Assembly: GCA_038231435.1 (NCBI GenBank)
Contig: JBBRLJ010000015.1
Coordinates: 32,001-96,000 of the forward strand
Length of the DNA: 64,000 nt
Direction of reading: 5' to 3'
Source of the DNA: Planctomycetota bacterium
GTDB taxonomy: Bacteria > Planctomycetota > UBA11346
Made by a program: the position numbers and the translations under genes. Each line of letters begins with the position of its first letter. Within the stretch, counting starts at the first letter, position 1. Of the stretch, positions 61,901-64,000 are shown piece after piece. A model generated the notes under the pieces. That model was not told where the DNA came from. It was given only the letters and a program-made list of their open reading frames with translations, and made no database searches.

Positions 61901-62078
61901 GGCCGGCCTCCAGACCGATCACTACCGCCGCGAACGCGGCGAGGAAGATCACCAGCGGCCAAGCGGACCACCACGCGAGCGGACGACGTGGACGCGGGAC
62001 GAGCGAACGCGCCACGCGCAGCGCAGCGTTCCGCGGCCACGCCAGCGATGCCGACATCCGGCCAGGTGAGCGCTTCAT
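58989..62078 (-). CDS. Membrane protein with two vWA domains and GATase-like domain
   Basis: TMs, DESDS, LISDG, MIGGPNGYGPGGW..PIEEALPV, IIISDG, C-terminal LDVALRR; ATGA overlap. Confidence 0.85.
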   Translation of the reverse strand: MKRSPGRMSASLAWPRNAALRVARSLVPRPRRPLAWWSAWPLVIFLAAFAAVVIGLEAGHRVLFAAPWQFLWLAAAPWAWWLHVAGWGGMRGVRGAFSLFARLAMIGLFAMLMAEPRAVRSSDTLSLVYALDESDSIGEKVSDHAVEWMLKTVQQKPQQDQAGMVVFGRDAAVELPPRQAFPFENLNARVAKDGTNLEQALSLSAAVLPEENPGRIVLISDGTATEGDLDRALDQLTARKIPVDVLSVAYAREYEVWLEKIELPDDVRPEQTYEANVVLGSLTDGHGDLVLRENGHEVSRRQVTYRAGKNRYTMPLYLRGPGYYEYAAVIEPPPDRDGWRENNVALGSINLQGEGRVLLVTDSQSDPRDYQTFAKALAESKRAVEIRPAHELSDDPLSYLPYDSVVFVNVPADAVTQLQQQALRDAVYDLGTGFLMIGGPNGYGPGGWNRTPIEEALPVTMDINQRKVMPKGALAIVLHTCEFPEGNTWAKRITKQAIKVLGARDDVGVLDYSYTGAEQWVFPLSPAGDFDKLAPLVEAAEPGDMPSFARIMQIGYDGLKANDAATKHMIIISDGDPAPPPPELLQKFVASKISVSMVAVFPHGGVDPGVMKAVAQATGGRYYFPQNPDRLPSIFIKEAKTLKRSQIQNLTFTPKAQFPSPVMKGIDALPPLKGYTLTTPKPRSVTVLEGPDPEEEDPVLAVWRFGVGTTAAWTSDLSPNWAAGWVEWEKYQAFVEQLMTHIGRSQDQSHLRMKVEASGNVGMITVEDHHPAGGFLQVAARVATPNSSRIDLELKQVAPGRYSADFPLAGTGRYQVVVSAVGGSGDQARRERAFAGLAVPYSAEYLRFRANPLVLQRIVDRTGGRMLTGTEDGKALYGIERKPQRTSRPVFDWFLVALACLLPLDVALRRVQIDPRAMVAAVLGRFRRGERAESTATMGALLNRKQQVVLPTGKAAHMPPSRQPMAPTAPSSSAPPTSPGAVSAPPAAAKPAVKPGTPPAAGGTTGKLLEAKRKRQQENQNPPEPPKRP

Positions 62079-64000
62079 GGCGCCGCGCCCGGCGCTGGCG
62101 GAACGAGTCGGATCAGCCGGCGGTTGCCGGTGTCCGCAACCCACATCGCACCGCCAGGCGCGCCGACCAGCGCCCACGGCGTCGAGAACTCCCCGTCGCC
62201 GTGCCCGACGGCGCCGAACGATCCAAGCTCGCTGCCGTCTGCGGCCAGGCGCACGACCTTGCCGCCGCTGTACTCGGCGACCCAGATGTCCCCGCTGGGA
62301 GCGACCCACAGCCCGTACGGAAAATGCACATCGGCCGGCGGTGCGAGCGCCTCGCCGACCACACCGACATAGGCGCCCGCATCGGTGTAGATCTGCACGC
62401 GGTTGTTCATCGCGTCGGCGATGTAGATCTTTCCTTCATGCCAGCAGATGTGCTGCGGGCGCTGGAATTGCCCGGTGCCGGTGCCGAACGAGCCGAAGGC
62501 GCAGATGAACGCGCCGTCGGGCGCGAACTTCTGCACACGGTCGTTCTCGCCGTACTCCGACACGTAGACGTTGCCCGCGGGATCCTCCTCGATCGAGATG
62601 GGATAGATGAATTCCCCAGGGCCCTTGCCCTCGGCTCCGCGCATGTCCAGGACCTTGCCGTCATGGTCGAAGAACACGATGCGGTGGTAGTGGGTGTCGG
62701 CGACAGCGATGCGCCCGTCGTGCAGCTCGATGATGCCTTCAGGCCGTCCAACCTCCCACGCCGGCATGCGCCATTGGCGCGCCAGCTGCCCGTCCTGCGT
62801 GTAGACCAGCACGCGACCCACGGTGTCGAGCACCAGGAGCTCGCCCGCGCGTGTCACCGCGAGCCCGCGCGGCGACGGCTGCACCTTGCCGTCGTTCGGC
62901 AGCTGGGTGGCCACGGCGGTGAAATGTAGCGTGTGCTGGTCGTTCTTCGCGCAGCCGGAGGCGAGCCATAGCATGAGGAGCGCCAGCAGGCGCGCGGCCA
63001 CGCGTTGGCCGGCAGCCAGCGCTCGCGACGGTCGATGGACGAATTCGCGCGGTTCGGCACCGGCGAGCTCCAGGGTGGTGCGGGCCAAGGCGCCATGGAA
63101 TGCGCTGTCGCGCACCACCGCGCGGCCGCCGCTGTCTGGAGCGATCCCGAGACGTTCGGGCCTGACGCAGCCGCCATCGCGCGAGAACGCCTGGAGCGAC
63201 GCCGCGTCGGCGCCGTCGAGCCAGTCGGCCGCTTCCCCCGGCGCGAACCAGTTGGCTTCCCCGAAACAGGCCGCGACCTCGCGCGTGGCCGGCCGTTCGT
63301 AGATCTCGGGCACCGCGCCATCGCCGATCACCTCGCCGTGGCGCAGGCACGCCACTCGGTCGGCGCAGCCGAGCACCCATCCGGGATCGTGGGTCGCGTA
63401 CACCAGGGACGAGCCCAGCGCCGCGCAGTGGTCGAGCAGAGCGCGCCAGCACGACGGCAGCGAGGAGGGATCGACGTGCGCGAACGGTTCGTCGAGAACC
63501 AGCACCGCGGCCTCGCTCGCCAGCGCGCGCGCGACGGTCAGCCGCGCGCGTTCGCCAGCGGACATGCGCGACGGGAGCGACCGCGCGCATTCCGCGAGGC
63601 CGAGCGCGCCGAGGATCGCGCTGGCGGGCATGCTCGCCTGACGCGGCGCGACCGCCACGAGGTGGGCGTGCGCATCGAGGTGCGGCCACAGCGCATCGTG
63701 GGGGGCCCAGTAGATCGGTAGCCGTCCTGTCGGATCCGCGACCTGTGGCGGGTGCGCGGTGATGGCGCCCGAGCTGGGTCGCTCGAAGCCGGCGAGCAGG
63801 TTGCAGAGGGTGGTCTTGCCGGCACCGGAATGGCCGAGGATGGCGGTGATGCCGGGCCTTATGGCGAGCGTGATCGGTCCCAGGCGACGGCTGCCCGCCG
63901 AGGCGACGGCGACCCGATCCAGCGTCCATAGCGGTGCTGCGGATGGCGGAGACTCGACGGGCTTCGATGGGATGGCTCGCTCCGCCAGGTGCTCGGACAT
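62075..64000 (-). CDS. ABC ATPase (importer-type, TOBE-like) fused to an NHL-repeat beta-propeller
   Basis: GHSGAGKT, MSAGERAR, LVLDEPF, ATHD and VRPERL; hydrophobic segment ending LASGC; about 6 NHL repeats (VADT..RI, GQFQRP, IADAMNNRVQ). ATG is at the window edge, so the ORF may extend further. Confidence 0.82.
   Translation of the reverse strand: MSEHLAERAIPSKPVESPPSAAPLWTLDRVAVASAGSRRLGPITLAIRPGITAILGHSGAGKTTLCNLLAGFERPSSGAITAHPPQVADPTGRLPIYWAPHDALWPHLDAHAHLVAVAPRQASMPASAILGALGLAECARSLPSRMSAGERARLTVARALASEAAVLVLDEPFAHVDPSSLPSCWRALLDHCAALGSSLVYATHDPGWVLGCADRVACLRHGEVIGDGAVPEIYERPATREVAACFGEANWFAPGEAADWLDGADAASLQAFSRDGGCVRPERLGIAPDSGGRAVVRDSAFHGALARTTLELAGAEPREFVHRPSRALAAGQRVAARLLALLMLWLASGCAKNDQHTLHFTAVATQLPNDGKVQPSPRGLAVTRAGELLVLDTVGRVLVYTQDGQLARQWRMPAWEVGRPEGIIELHDGRIAVADTHYHRIVFFDHDGKVLDMRGAEGKGPGEFIYPISIEEDPAGNVYVSEYGENDRVQKFAPDGAFICAFGSFGTGTGQFQRPQHICWHEGKIYIADAMNNRVQIYTDAGAYVGVVGEALAPPADVHFPYGLWVAPSGDIWVAEYSGGKVVRLAADGSELGSFGAVGHGDGEFSTPWALVGAPGGAMWVADTGNRRLIRLVPPAPGAAP

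Overview
High-GC bacterial window (roughly 70% by eye) with about 44 real genes among many antisense shadow ORFs. The gene content suggests the PVC superphylum, probably a planctomycete (inference): ECF sigma/anti-sigma pairs, a Ser/Thr kinase with LRR and lectin domains, and DUF4159, DUF58 and BatA proteins. I found no rRNA, tRNA, CRISPR array or transposase. 1-18.6 kb holds sugar-catabolism enzymes, two ECF/anti-sigma pairs, secreted proteins and a receptor-type kinase. Most of the rest is two convergent MoxR AAA+/DUF58/vWA operons. Cluster A (18.8-39.2 kb, +) has an FHA-MoxR fusion plus PA14, GH5-like and CBM-like carbohydrate modules. Cluster B (45.5-64 kb, -) has MoxR/DUF58/BatA, three internally duplicated ABC-2 permeases, two ABC ATPases and an ABC-ATPase::NHL-propeller fusion. 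Between them are a TPR/purple acid phosphatase/two-domain multicopper oxidase operon and a tandem-SIS (GmhA-like) protein whose active-site motifs appear split between its halves. A dispersed, multi-hairpin REP-like repeat shows compensatory base changes between copies. All calls come from reading motifs by eye; no searches were run.
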